A program made the translations under genes and the position numbers. The notes under the pieces were generated by a model. The model made no database searches. It was not told the DNA's origin and worked only from the letters and a program-made list of their open reading frames with translations. 64,000 bases of DNA from an uncultured virus (IMG/VR IMGVR_UViG_3300024243_000011) (Duplodnaviria > Heunggongvirae > Uroviricota > Caudoviricetes): the IMG/VR virus record IMGVR_UViG_3300024243_000011, positions 1 through 64,000 of that record, one strand, 5' to 3'. Shown piece after piece: positions 28,187-38,801 of this stretch; position 1 is the stretch's first letter, and every line of letters starts with the position of its first letter.

Positions 28187-28492
28187 ATGATAACTGAAGG
28201 AACCATGCTGTGGGTTAGTGAAGTTGCATTGTATTCTTATGTTACTCCTCCAGGTTGTTATAAAGGTGCCTATAAGAAAGTAATGGACTATTCAGGACCA
28301 GTTAATGTTGTTGTTGTTGAACCATTAATGAATGAAGAAGACAGAGGGAAGCTGGTTAGTCATGATTATGAACGTGTAGTGTCCGTTGAGATATGTGTGA
28401 TTACTAAAGTAGATAGTAATGATTATCATGACAATACGTTTATTATGATAGTTGATGATGAGGATAAGAGTGTGAAGAGGATGAACGGATAA
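28187..28492 (+). CDS. divergent paralog-family protein
   Basis: EGTMLWV..YSGPVNVV. Confidence 0.5.
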   Translation: MITEGTMLWVSEVALYSYVTPPGCYKGAYKKVMDYSGPVNVVVVEPLMNEEDRGKLVSHDYERVVSVEICVITKVDSNDYHDNTFIMIVDDEDKSVKRMNG

Positions 28493-28523
28493 AAGATATA
28501 TATATAAATTAATGATTGTAGGT

Positions 28524-28554
28524 GGTTAACAGATGAGGTTGATTGTGGTATATT
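28524..28554 (+). promoter_or_regulatory. GGTTAACA-N17 promoter element
   Basis: ggttaaca gatgaggttgattgtgg tatatt. Confidence 0.8.
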
Positions 28555-28559
28555 GTGTG

Positions 28560-28663
28560 TAGGTGGATGGTTGGATTGTTATGTCCTGGAGACAGGACAC
28601 CGCAGACTTAAAGTTAGCGTATATGCGGGTTGACCCATTTTTATTGGACAGATAATTTTTTTG
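28560..28663 (+). ncRNA. candidate small structured RNA
   Basis: directly after promoter, no RBS/ORF; tgtcctg-GAGA-caggaca GNRA hairpin and ccgca..tgcgg stem, then T-runs. Confidence 0.45.
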
Positions 28664-28780
28664 ATATTGGAATTGTTGATTTAAGGGGTTAAACAACAAT
28701 AACCAACAATAAAGACGATCAACAATATGTTTAATATAATAAAATTCAAAAGACATGTTTAAATATTAATAAAAGGAGAT

Positions 28781-29059
28781 ATGGTTATGAGGAAAATCAT
28801 TGGTGGCATGTCATTTAGAAATAAGATGATTTTAAAGACAGAAGATGCAATGTCTATTTCTACAGTTGACAAAAATGGAATCTATAATTCGAAAGCATAT
28901 TTCAGATATAATAAAAAAGAAAACAAAAGGGACACATTATACAAAAGGAATAGGCTTGACAATCTAATTAAAATTTTAAGCTTAATAGTACTTTCTCAAA
29001 TATTTTACATGATATTTGGCTCATTAATTGGTGTGATATTATTAATACTAAAGTCATGA
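28781..29059 (+). CDS. hypothetical membrane protein
   Basis: aggag RBS; C-terminal hydrophobic segment. Confidence 0.5.
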   Translation: MVMRKIIGGMSFRNKMILKTEDAMSISTVDKNGIYNSKAYFRYNKKENKRDTLYKRNRLDNLIKILSLIVLSQIFYMIFGSLIGVILLILKS

Positions 29060-29183
29060 CAAATTTATTAAGTTATTGTGATGGCAGTTTATCTTTACTT
29101 GAGGTTGCTGAGAAAATTAATGTTCCAATGTGGCAACTTTTTGATGTTATCGATATTTTATTAAAAAATAAATTATTGAAAGT

Positions 29184-29214
29184 GGTTAACAAACAGAGTT
29201 GATTGTGGTATAAG
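29184..29214 (+). promoter_or_regulatory. GGTTAACA-N17 promoter element
   Basis: ggttaaca aacagagttgattgtgg tataag. Confidence 0.8.
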
Positions 29215-29221
29215 GGTATTC

Positions 29222-30736
29222 ATGAAAATGGAAAAAATACAACTTAGTGATCTTAGGGCTGCAAGCAAACCATATATATGTTGGCTTAAGATTGATAGGG
29301 AACTGGCTATAAATTTAGGTTGGCATTTTTATTATAATCATAATGGTCTAGTTACTATATATTGTGATTGTAATGAGCGATTAACAATTAAATTTCTGCA
29401 TATGTTTAAACAAATATCTTCTTATACTTATAGGTCAGGGATAGCATTTAATCGGATTAATTTAAATGACAATTTAAACATTAATAAGTTTTTTGATTAT
29501 TGTTATAATAACGATAGGTTATTTATTGTTAATAAGGGAGGTTAAAAATGAAAGTATTGGAAAGCATGGTTTATGTTGGTAATCGTATTTTGTTTAGCAT
29601 GGTATTGCTTATGCTTATGTGTGTCTATGCATATCTTGCGCCATGGGGTATTGGGAATGTTGCAATGAATTTATTTGTGTTATGTGTTTCAGCATTTCTT
29701 TATGTTGTGGTTTGGGTTCCATATGCGAAGCTGAGCCTTCGTTATGAGCTTGTAAGAATTAAGAATAAGTATAGAAATGAGCAATAATAAAAACAATACG
29801 TTTAATGCTGGTGATGTTGTTTGTGTACAATTACCAAGTGATCCTAAAGAATGTGGTTGGACAAATGGAAAGTCTACTTATACTGGATATAATGGAATTG
29901 TTTTAATAATGGAAGAGTGTGACTTTACATACACTTCTTTTGATTATAAAATTAAAATACTTGGAACAAAAAAACAACGTGATCAGTTTTTTGTAAGAAC
30001 CAATTGGATCACACACAAATTAAGCAATGGAGGAAACAATGAGGTCAAATGGATTAAGTGTAAATGAGTTATTCAATTTGATGCAGACTTTAAAATCTGC
30101 TGGTCATGGTGATTGCGAGGTATTGATTCGTTCTATTGATGAGATTACATGCAATGTTTTTACAGATAAGTACACAATGTATATTTTGGGTGATAATAAT
30201 TGTCTCTCTAAGATCGACCCAGAATCGACTGGCGAGAAGCCTAATGTCATTGTATTAGAATATTGACAGGATTGATTGTGGGCTAAATTTGGTTTTATTG
30301 GTATTGATTTGGGGCTTTATATGTGCAATAAAAAAGTGATAAAAATAAAGGCTGGACAATGGCATAACTTAGGTTTAAAAGAGGGGAAGAAATATCTTAT
30401 ATGGTTGGTTGTTAATGGTGATCTTAATAATAAAGAGTTAAATTGATGGACAATAAATATAAAGTAGGTGATGTTATATTTTGCAAAGCATATTATTATA
30501 ATTATAGAAAAGATGTTTATTATAATAAAAAAGATATTGATAATAAATATTACTATATGGCTGATGATGCAGGTGATATTTATTATTATGGTGTTGGCAT
30601 AATAGCTGGTTATAGAACTAGTGGTATGTATCATGATCATGATGCTATATATTTAGTTAATGGCATTGCCAGTGGTATTAATAATTATGATCATGATTCA
30701 ATGGTGGTTCGAGAGAGGGATATAATGCAAGGTTGA
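29222..30736 (+). CDS. run of small hypothetical proteins (29222-29545, 29548-29787 membrane, 29777-30067 paralog, 30027-30266, 30443-30736 paralog)
   Basis: FNAGDVVCV..YNGIVLI and YKVGDVIFC..YYGVGII match the paralog family. Confidence 0.55.
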
Positions 30737-30790
30737 TTTTTGCAGAGCTTTGGATTTTCTAGAAAATAATATTAAATAATTTTCAAAAGT

Positions 30791-30821
30791 GGTTAACAAA
30801 CAGGAGTGATTATGGTATAAG
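30791..30821 (+). promoter_or_regulatory. GGTTAACA-N17 promoter element
   Basis: ggttaaca aacaggagtgattatgg tataag. Confidence 0.8.
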
Positions 30822-30863
30822 GGTTTTGTTGACAAGTTATAACTTTTAAAGGGGAGGCAAAAA

Positions 30864-31946
30864 ATGTCAAAGAAAATTCTTGTTAAAGAGACAAAAAAGA
30901 TTCTTGCTGACATGGTAACAAAAGATATTAATAAATACATTCGAATTGCTTATAAAGCGAGAGACATTTTAAATGATAAGGTTCGTGATTGTTGTGAGAG
31001 ATCTATTAATCATACTAACACAATTGATATTGATTGGAATCGTTTTATTTCTAATATGTATTCCGGAATGCATATCAGTAATAAAAACACATCAAAAGAC
31101 ATAAGTTGGCTTCGTAAACAAAATAACTTTAATGATTCAGTTGATAGTTTTATGTGTAATGATAAGTTTAAAGCCAACGTAAATTATTTTGAAACAAGGG
31201 TTAATGCGTCAAAGTTACACAAAGAACACAAACAATTAGATGTTGATGGCAATGATTGTACTGTTTCTATTTTTACTTTTGATATTTACAGTGAAGATTT
31301 AAAGTCTCGTCGATCATTTTCAGACTTACTGTCTGACAGTTGTTATTTGTCTGACAATTATTTTTGTCGCATTGAATTTGTTGTGGTTTATAACAAAGAA
31401 CAAACAGAGATTAAGTATATTTATGTTTGCGATAATAATTATGGCAACATTACTTATCATAATTATGGTGATTTTATTAATAATACTTATATGCCTATTG
31501 ATAATGTTGTTTCTACTGCTGAGGATTGTTTTTATTATAGGTATGATTTAAGCAACAATACTGAGAAAGTTAATAATGAGAATGATATTGCAAATACTTT
31601 TTATGTATCATTTCTTGAGCGCAAGCTTAATAGGTTTAACAATTGTATTTGCGAATATGGAAATGAAGTTAAAAAGTCTAAAGCTTCTGTTGTTGATATG
31701 CAGAAAAAGGAGGCTGACAATTATAATTTGATTAACATCATTAAGGGTGTGATTGGTAAAGAAAAGTTTGATTTAATCAAAAAGGTTTCAACTGTTTGTT
31801 CTGCCAAAGGCTCTAATGTTTCAATTAATGATATTGTTAGTTTGGGTAAGTTGTTCTGTAGCACCAATGAAAATAAGAGTAATAAAAGGGAAGATGGAGT
31901 AATTTACTTTAATGGTATGCCTTGCAACTATCCGCCTTATAAATAA
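30864..31946 (+). CDS. hypothetical protein, 360 aa
   Basis: ggggagg RBS, long ORF, no motif recognised. Confidence 0.7.
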   Translation: MSKKILVKETKKILADMVTKDINKYIRIAYKARDILNDKVRDCCERSINHTNTIDIDWNRFISNMYSGMHISNKNTSKDISWLRKQNNFNDSVDSFMCNDKFKANVNYFETRVNASKLHKEHKQLDVDGNDCTVSIFTFDIYSEDLKSRRSFSDLLSDSCYLSDNYFCRIEFVVVYNKEQTEIKYIYVCDNNYGNITYHNYGDFINNTYMPIDNVVSTAEDCFYYRYDLSNNTEKVNNENDIANTFYVSFLERKLNRFNNCICEYGNEVKKSKASVVDMQKKEADNYNLINIIKGVIGKEKFDLIKKVSTVCSAKGSNVSINDIVSLGKLFCSTNENKSNKREDGVIYFNGMPCNYPPYK

Positions 31947-31980
31947 TTGACAAACTAGTTTTTTAAAAAAGGAGGTTATC

Positions 31981-32732
31981 ATGTCTTCTAATTCTTATTC
32001 TAAGGTTTATATTCCTATAAAAATTGGTCGTTCTAGTTATTGCTATGGTTGTGACGTTGATTATTATAACCAGAATGAGATTAATGTGGCAGATCGTATT
32101 TCTATTGTTCTCCAAGTTGAGGGTATTCTTAATGTTAAAAATATTATTAATTGGCATGTACACATGAACAATATTAAAAATGATGTTAATAGAAAGGTTA
32201 AAGGGTAAAGGTTTCAATGATATGTCCTATTAATCCTGGTGTTTATTTTTTGAGACAAAGCCAAACAAGTGACTTTTTAAACATTAATGATATTCTTCCT
32301 TTGTCAATTAAATATAAGGACTATTCAGGTTTAGTTTTTATTAAAGGTTTTGTTTGTAATGCTAAGAAGGGCCGAGTAGTTTTTAAGGTTAAGGTTTTGG
32401 GTTATGATAGGTCATGTTATCTGAGATGTTTTATTGGTAATTTAATAAAGGTTGAGTGTTAAATGAGTTATTCTGATCAGTTTTATATGGGAAGAGGCTT
32501 TTATTGGATTGATGGGCTATCAATATATAATTCAGATATTGGGTATCCAATTAGATATTATGGCTTGGCTTTAATTAATGATTTTTTTCAAAACACAAAA
32601 GGACAAAATTTTGTTAAGTTTCATGTTTTAATGGGTGGCGCAATAAAGAAGAGAGAGTTTTATTATCAGGTTTGGGGTGATGATTTTAAAAAAATAAAGT
32701 TTATTGAAAAAACAGGAGGGCAAGATGAATGA
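31981..32732 (+). CDS. three small proteins (31981-32208; 32217-32462 and 32463-32732 divergent paralogs)
   Basis: YSGLVFI and GFYWI..YYGLALI motifs. Confidence 0.5.
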
Positions 32733-33120
32733 GTTTAGTGAAGGTAGTGATTTGATAACCTTAAAAGAGGCAAAGGTTATTTTAGCTAAAATTTTCTTAG
32801 GAATTATTGTGTTAGTTTTTATTGTTGGTGCTATTGGTGTTGGTTATAAATATGTATTCGCTCCGATTGACAAGAAGATTGAGCGAAAGGTAGCTGTTGA
32901 GTCTCATCAATATCAAGAATCAGCACAAAATGCATTGGTACAACTTGCGGAACAATATAGACGCCTTGAAGTTGACGTGGCAAAAAATATAAATAATCAA
33001 GTTGTGGTTGATGCATTAAATAGTCAGATGTCTGCTATTAAAAGTCAAATGAGACTTAAGGTTAAAAATGTTCCTGGTGATATGGTTCCAATTGGAGTTC
33101 GTTCTATTATTAATAATTAA
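32704..33120 (+). CDS. single-TM coiled-coil membrane protein
   Basis: N-terminal hydrophobic helix then coiled coil. Confidence 0.65.
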   Translation: MKKQEGKMNEFSEGSDLITLKEAKVILAKIFLGIIVLVFIVGAIGVGYKYVFAPIDKKIERKVAVESHQYQESAQNALVQLAEQYRRLEVDVAKNINNQVVVDALNSQMSAIKSQMRLKVKNVPGDMVPIGVRSIINN

Positions 33121-33131
33121 TTTTCAAAACT

Positions 33132-33162
33132 GGTTAACAAATGTGATAGTTTGTGGTATAAG
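33132..33162 (+). promoter_or_regulatory. GGTTAACA-N17 promoter element
   Basis: ggttaaca aatgtgatagtttgtgg tataag. Confidence 0.8.
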
Positions 33163-33217
33163 GGTCTTGTTGATAACGGGAGATAATATTTTTAAACAAA
33201 AAAATGGAGGTTTTGTT

Positions 33218-33802
33218 ATGAGAAGGTTTTTTGTATATTTTATGGTTGTTGTCTTTGTTATGGTTGGCATGGTTGGCTGCAAAGACTTTAATAATAATTC
33301 TAATAATAAAGAAAACGAAGCTGTTGAACAGCAACAGGCTCATTATCTTGCTGCACAACCAATTCCATTTTTTGAATGGAGTTTTGAAAGAGATCTTGTG
33401 GTTAAGTTATATGAGTTAAGGAATAAAAAGGTTGCAACATATTCTGTTTGGAGGTCTTTAAGTGGTGTGATTGAAGATCATTGCCCAAGTATTGGGTTTG
33501 GAATTCCTTATGATACTTCACTTACTAATCCACTTACTGCTACTAATATGGCTGATAATGGTCAGCGACGAGGCCGGGGAGCACTTACTTCAGTTGGCAA
33601 GGCTGAGCCTAATGGAATATATCAGTCTCAGAATACTAATGCTACATGGGTGATGTGTGTTGGTGATGATGGTAATATTGAGCCAGTTTATGTGGAAAGC
33701 AAGGTGACTACATATCCTTATATGGTAACGGTAGACATGGATAAAAACAGAGTTAAACGTATTGGAAAGTCAAGTGTTGTTTTTTCTTTAAATGAAAAAT
33801 AA
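33218..33802 (+). CDS. putative lipoprotein (start revised to ATG 33218)
   Basis: ggagg RBS; MRRFF-hydrophobic-MVGC lipobox; GFGIPY..LTNP, AEPNG, ATWV conserved blocks. Confidence 0.7.
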   Translation: MRRFFVYFMVVVFVMVGMVGCKDFNNNSNNKENEAVEQQQAHYLAAQPIPFFEWSFERDLVVKLYELRNKKVATYSVWRSLSGVIEDHCPSIGFGIPYDTSLTNPLTATNMADNGQRRGRGALTSVGKAEPNGIYQSQNTNATWVMCVGDDGNIEPVYVESKVTTYPYMVTVDMDKNRVKRIGKSSVVFSLNEK

Positions 33803-33819
33803 AGTTAATTTCAAAAAGT

Positions 33820-33850
33820 GGTTAACAAACGGACTTGTTTATGGTATAAG
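33820..33850 (+). promoter_or_regulatory. GGTTAACA-N17 promoter element
   Basis: ggttaaca aacggacttgtttatgg tataag. Confidence 0.8.
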
Positions 33851-33911
33851 GGTCTTGTTGACAGGTTGATTGATTGTTTTAATTGTTTTAATTGATGAAA
33901 TGGAGGTTAGC

Positions 33912-34304
33912 ATGTTTAATTTTGGTGGAAATGATGTTCTTGGTCTTACGGATATGGCTGAGCTTCTTGGTGAGGCTGGCGTAACAATGGATGATGTTGC
34001 TCGTCGTTATGCCGAGAAGCGCCCTGGTTGGGATAATTATGATAGGGCGGTTGTTACTATTAGTGGAATTGCTATGATGCTTGGTCTTGAGGGTAATCTT
34101 GGTTTTGCTCTGGGAGTTCTTGAGACTGCATATGTGGAGCAGGAGAAGCGAAACGTTGTTGACGATGTTATTGCTACTCGTCAGGCCGATCTTCTTGCCC
34201 GTCGTGATGAAATTGATGCAGAGCTTAGTGAGCTTGAGAATGATGAAGTAATTCGGGATCTGAATGCTGATTCTTGTCCTTGTCCTCATTGTGGTGGTTG
34301 TTAA
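33912..34304 (+). CDS. acidic hypothetical protein with C-terminal Cys cluster (start revised to ATG 33912)
   Basis: ggagg RBS; CPCPHCGGC; GC-richer codon usage. Confidence 0.65.
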   Translation: MFNFGGNDVLGLTDMAELLGEAGVTMDDVARRYAEKRPGWDNYDRAVVTISGIAMMLGLEGNLGFALGVLETAYVEQEKRNVVDDVIATRQADLLARRDEIDAELSELENDEVIRDLNADSCPCPHCGGC

Positions 34305-34359
34305 TTTTAAGAGAGTGTGGTGTAGGTGTTTTGGTGTTGATAACAAGGAGGTAGTTAAA

Positions 34360-34770
34360 ATGAACCTTCCCTTGTCGTTGTCTAATAAGGATCGTTCTTA
34401 TATGGAAATGGCGATACAAGAAGCATTTAATGCAGACCGATTTTTTCGGGCTAGACATGGTGCTGTTCTTATTAAGGGAGGTTCGTTAATTTCAAGGGGA
34501 TATAATAAAAACTCTCATTGCTCTTTTGGTGGTCGATTTCGTAATTTGTTTGTAAAGGGTGAGCCAACACTTCATGCAGAGCTTGCTTGTGTACTTGGCA
34601 TTTCTAGGGGTAAAACAAGCGGTGCTACTATTTATGTTGTTAGGCTCGACAAGGACGATCATCTTCGTATGAGCAAGCCTTGTCCTATGTGTATGGCGGC
34701 TCTTAGGTTTGTTGGTGTAAATAAGGTTGTTTTTACGACGAATGATGGTGTGGATATTATTAGGATTTAG
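34360..34770 (+). CDS. cytidine/deoxycytidylate deaminase family protein (start revised to ATG 34360)
   Basis: HGAVL, GYN, LHAE, SKPCPMC zinc motifs. Confidence 0.88.
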   Translation: MNLPLSLSNKDRSYMEMAIQEAFNADRFFRARHGAVLIKGGSLISRGYNKNSHCSFGGRFRNLFVKGEPTLHAELACVLGISRGKTSGATIYVVRLDKDDHLRMSKPCPMCMAALRFVGVNKVVFTTNDGVDIIRI

Positions 34771-34783
34771 GGTTTATAATATA

Positions 34784-35008
34784 ATGGGCAAAAACAAGAA
34801 AAAAAGAAAAAAAGGTAACAAGAAAATGAAAGGCAACAAGAAAGACAATGCTTATATGAATTACAAAAAGATCATGCGTGATCAAATGGTTAACGATGGT
34901 TTTTTTGATGGTCGTTTTAAAGAGAGGAGTGTTCCAAACAAAAAGAAGAAGGCATATGACAAGAAGGGACAGAGAAAGTGGGATTGGAGAAAAGAAGTTG
35001 ATTGTTGA
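34784..35008 (+). CDS. small basic protein
   Basis: Lys-rich; GFFDGRF motif. Confidence 0.5.
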   Translation: MGKNKKKRKKGNKKMKGNKKDNAYMNYKKIMRDQMVNDGFFDGRFKERSVPNKKKKAYDKKGQRKWDWRKEVDC

Positions 35009-35507
35009 TAAGAAAACATACCTCACGTCAGATTTTCATTTTGGCCATGAGAACATTATAAAGTTTTGCAATAGGCCATTTAAAAATCGACATCAAATGG
35101 ACTCAGCTATGATTGACAATTACAATTCAATAGTTGCTGATGATGATATTGTTTTCATTCTTGGTGATTTTTCTATGTCAAATAATAGAGAGGTCATTTC
35201 TTCTTATTGCAATAAACTTAAGGGACAAAAACATTTAATACTTGGCAATCATGATAGGATGAGGCCTTTTGCATATGTTGACTGTGGCTTTGCATCTGTT
35301 CATACATCTTATGTTTTAGAAAAATATAATTTATTTATGGTTCATGATCCTGCTGTTTGTGTTGTTGGTAAACAGATGGGATACAATTGTGTTTGTGGTC
35401 ATATCCATAATTTATTTAAGTTTCATAATGGTGTTCTTAATGTTGGCGTTGATGTTAGTGATTTTAAACCGATATCAATTGACAAGGTAATGGAACATTA
35501 TGTTTGA
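34878..35507 (+). CDS. calcineurin-like metallophosphoesterase (true start probably near 35001)
   Basis: TSDFHFGH, LGD, GNHD, H, GHIH, NVGVD. Confidence 0.9.
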   Translation: MIKWLTMVFLMVVLKRGVFQTKRRRHMTRRDRESGIGEKKLIVDKKTYLTSDFHFGHENIIKFCNRPFKNRHQMDSAMIDNYNSIVADDDIVFILGDFSMSNNREVISSYCNKLKGQKHLILGNHDRMRPFAYVDCGFASVHTSYVLEKYNLFMVHDPAVCVVGKQMGYNCVCGHIHNLFKFHNGVLNVGVDVSDFKPISIDKVMEHYV

Positions 35508-36094
35508 TGTTGGAGATGTAGTTTGGATTGGTGAGGCTAATGTAGTAAAAAGTCATTTAATGAACTTATATATTGCCAACAAAGTTAAAGATAAGTTTGG
35601 TATTGTTGTTGGCTTTAATGGCTCGTTTAATAAAAATAATGCAGATGTTTATGTCAAAGTTAAAATTAATTATAATGCAAAAAGAGATTCTTGGAATTTT
35701 ATAGGAATAGAAGACAATACATCTATTGTGTTTCTTTTTGATCATGATTGTGATTGTTTATCATTGGTAAAGAAAAATGGCTGATAAAAATAAAAAACTT
35801 AACATAGTTCCAAACTATAAAATTGGTGATGTTGTGTGGGTTAAGTGTGCCCTTGAAGAATCTAATTATTATGAAATTTATTTATATAATAATAATATTG
35901 ATCAATATAAAAATGATTTTAATGAGAATTCATTTGTTGGTGTTGCAATTATTAATTATGTTGAATTATATTTAGGCGCTGACAAATATGATTTTGAAAG
36001 TCCAGAATTAAACTTTATTACATATGAAGTTTATTTATCTAACGGGGTGTTCCACTCCATATCGGAACATGAGATATTATATAAAATAGGATAA
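35500..36094 (+). CDS. two paralog-family proteins (35500-35784, 35777-36094)
   Basis: VGDVVWI..FGIVV; YKIGDVVWVK..FVGVAII..ISEHEILYKI. Confidence 0.6.
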
Positions 36095-36097
36095 CAA

Positions 36098-37409
36098 ATG
36101 GTTATTAACAATAAAGGTAAGTGTAAAAAGTTAAGTTTATATCAGAGGATAAAGATTATTAATTATAATCAATCTGCGTTCTTTTATATGTTTATACTTA
36201 ATTTTATATTGTTTAATATTTTTGCTTTGTTTTTTTTGGCATTTAATGTTTATTCTTGTGGTTTTATTGTTATTTCATATTCAATATCATCTGTATTATA
36301 TTTATTGTTTGATTTTTTTAAATTTCATTCTATTGATAACATTATAAGAAATTGGAATAATTATTTTTCAATTGAAGATAATAATTTATTTTTTGTATCA
36401 TTTAAGATGGAGCCATTTATGTTTGATGTTGATTATATTGCTAAAAAATATTTTAAAGATAGTGGTCCTTATCATTTTTCTTGTCGATTAAATGCGTATG
36501 ATTATTTAGATAATAATGTTAAAAATAGACAATATAATGGGCTGATTAAGATTGATTTTAAAAACTCTAAATTATATAGTAATAATGACATTGTGTTTTT
36601 TAGTGAAAGTAAGAAAGGTTTTAACGGAATTAATAATAGGTTTATTGATGATATGTTTTTAGAGTTATCTTTTTATGTTTTTACTGATAATAAAATGTTG
36701 TATTTAAATCATTTTGTAGGTAGTTTTGATAAATTTTATATAGTAGAAAATCATGATTAATTTTTTTAAACAATTTAAGCTTGATTTTAAAAAGTTAAGT
36801 TATATTTATAAAATGTTGTTTTGTTCTATTTATGGAAATGATGCTTATTTTGTTGTATTTGCTTTACCTGCTATTTGTCTTGTGTTGTCTGCTGTTTGTT
36901 TAAGCATAAGCAGTCTCCCTTCCCTTTATTATCTAATGGTTATTTTTTGTTGCATTTTTATGTTTGTGTGTGTTATATTTTCTATTGTTTGTAGAGTACT
37001 TGATGATAAATATATATCTGAAATATTTGATAATTTAGTTTATTTGGAAAGTGGTAAAATTTATTGGGTTGATAACTTTTGTTATAATAAAATAGACTTT
37101 ATTGATAGTAATAAAAATAAATTTATTAATAATTTTTTTGGTATTGTTAAAGTTTGTTATATTGGCGAATGTTCATACTCTTTTGAGAGATGTAGTCATG
37201 ATAATTTTTTCATATTAAAAGATCGATATCGTTTAAATGGTAATAAATATATTAAAGGATTTAATAGGTATTATGAGTTGGTTCTTAGATTAAGTGGGAA
37301 TAATAATGAAGATATAAAGCTTGGTTTTTCTGGATCTTCTTTTCTTGAGCGAACTGATTATAGTTTTGATGGTATAAAAGAAATTAATATGGAGGAGACA
37401 AATGGCTAG
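36098..37409 (+). CDS. two related membrane proteins (36098-36760, 36753-37409)
   Basis: two N-terminal TM helices each; soluble part has GKIYWV/FFGIVK or YNGLIK paralog-like motifs. Confidence 0.55.
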
Positions 37410-38166
37410 TTATGATTCACATTATTATTTTTGTGCTTGTATGTGCAAAGAGCTAGGTTTATCTGAGAAAGCAATAAAAAATGTTGCTTGGGCAAATCAG
37501 GCAATTGATGAAATGACTCCAAGAAAATTGCAACAGCATATTGGTTCGTCTGCGAAGAAAATGGTTTCGACACAGTGTTATGATTTTGATTGGTGGAAGA
37601 GTTCTGATTATCCTGATCCAAGAACAATAATTTGGAAGAAGTTTCATTTTCCTGATATTATTACATGTCATATAAAAGATATTTGTAAGCTTATTTCTGA
37701 TGATCGAATGAATATCGATCATGATTTATATAATCAGTTATTGTTGGGCAGGTATTTTCATACATATATGGATAGTTTTACTCATCAAGGATTTTTACCT
37801 TATTGTTCTGACAAGAATAAAAATAATTTGAAGGGTAGACCATGGAAAGAATTTTGGAAGAAAGTCCCACCTTCAATTGGTCATGCTGAGTTTGGAAATG
37901 AGCCAGATGAAATAGATATGGTATGGTATAATCAACTTGGTGATGTTGTCGATAATAAGAAAAGGTGGATTCAAATAGTTCAAACTGCAAGAGAACATTT
38001 AATGAAGTTTTTTCCTGATTGTATTGATTTGATTGTTGGCTATTATGATAAGGGTTCTAGGGTCAAGGCGATGAAAGAATATTCTGGAATTGGGGAGTCT
38101 TGGAAATGGAGTGATAAAAAAATAATGGTAATGCAGAATATTGTTAAGAGGGAGTTTTTTGGATAA
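37402..38166 (+). CDS. phospholipase C/P1 nuclease-like (DUF6765-like) protein
   Basis: HYY, QAID, FHF, LG.YFHTYMDSFTHQGF, IGHA zinc-ligand pattern. Confidence 0.55.
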   Translation: MASYDSHYYFCACMCKELGLSEKAIKNVAWANQAIDEMTPRKLQQHIGSSAKKMVSTQCYDFDWWKSSDYPDPRTIIWKKFHFPDIITCHIKDICKLISDDRMNIDHDLYNQLLLGRYFHTYMDSFTHQGFLPYCSDKNKNNLKGRPWKEFWKKVPPSIGHAEFGNEPDEIDMVWYNQLGDVVDNKKRWIQIVQTAREHLMKFFPDCIDLIVGYYDKGSRVKAMKEYSGIGESWKWSDKKIMVMQNIVKREFFG

Positions 38167-38716
38167 ATTTAAGAATGTTATATATGATGATCAAGTTGTG
38201 CTTAAGAGACATATTATAGATAGGTTTATTGAGAATTATAATAATGGTTTAAAGCTTGGTAATGTTGTTTGGACTAAAGTATATGAATTTATGTGTAATG
38301 ACAATCGTTTAAGTTTTGAAGAGTATGACAAGAAATATGTAGAAAATAATTGTTTGTCTGATTGTATAGTTTATGATGGGTTAGCGATTGTCAGTAATCA
38401 GGATTGTGATGGTGAAATTGATGATGACTTAAGATATGAAAATGTATGTGGGTTGAGTCTTGATAGTTTCGATAAATATTTTGTTGATTTAGAGTTTTTG
38501 GATGGTGTTGGAGAAGTTTGCCGTAAAATAAATCGTGATATTTTAACTCAAAGGCTTTTCTTTATGAATGATTATTGTTATTATGATGCAAAGATAGATA
38601 AGTTTTTTTATTATGTTAGCTTTCCTTTTGATATTGCCGTTAAAAGTATTATGGGTAAGTCTGTTTTTAGGTGTAATTATTTTGATGTTCTTGAAGATAA
38701 CATTAAGGCAATTTAA
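38141..38716 (+). CDS. extended paralog-family protein
   Basis: LGNVVWTK..YDGLAIV. Confidence 0.5.
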   Translation: MLRGSFLDKFKNVIYDDQVVLKRHIIDRFIENYNNGLKLGNVVWTKVYEFMCNDNRLSFEEYDKKYVENNCLSDCIVYDGLAIVSNQDCDGEIDDDLRYENVCGLSLDSFDKYFVDLEFLDGVGEVCRKINRDILTQRLFFMNDYCYYDAKIDKFFYYVSFPFDIAVKSIMGKSVFRCNYFDVLEDNIKAI

Positions 38717-38736
38717 TTAAAAAAAATAGCTATTAT

Positions 38737-38767
38737 GGTTAACAGATGTTGTTTAATATGTTATAGT
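38737..38767 (+). promoter_or_regulatory. GGTTAACA-N17 promoter element
   Basis: ggttaaca gatgttgtttaatatgt tatagt. Confidence 0.75.
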
Positions 38768-38801
38768 GTCTTTGTTGACAATGAAGGAAGGGGGCTTTTT
38801 A

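Noticed and set aside
28560..28663. tRNA or hammerhead ribozyme
   Set aside because: No T-loop GTTC/cloverleaf and no CUGANGA/GAAA core.
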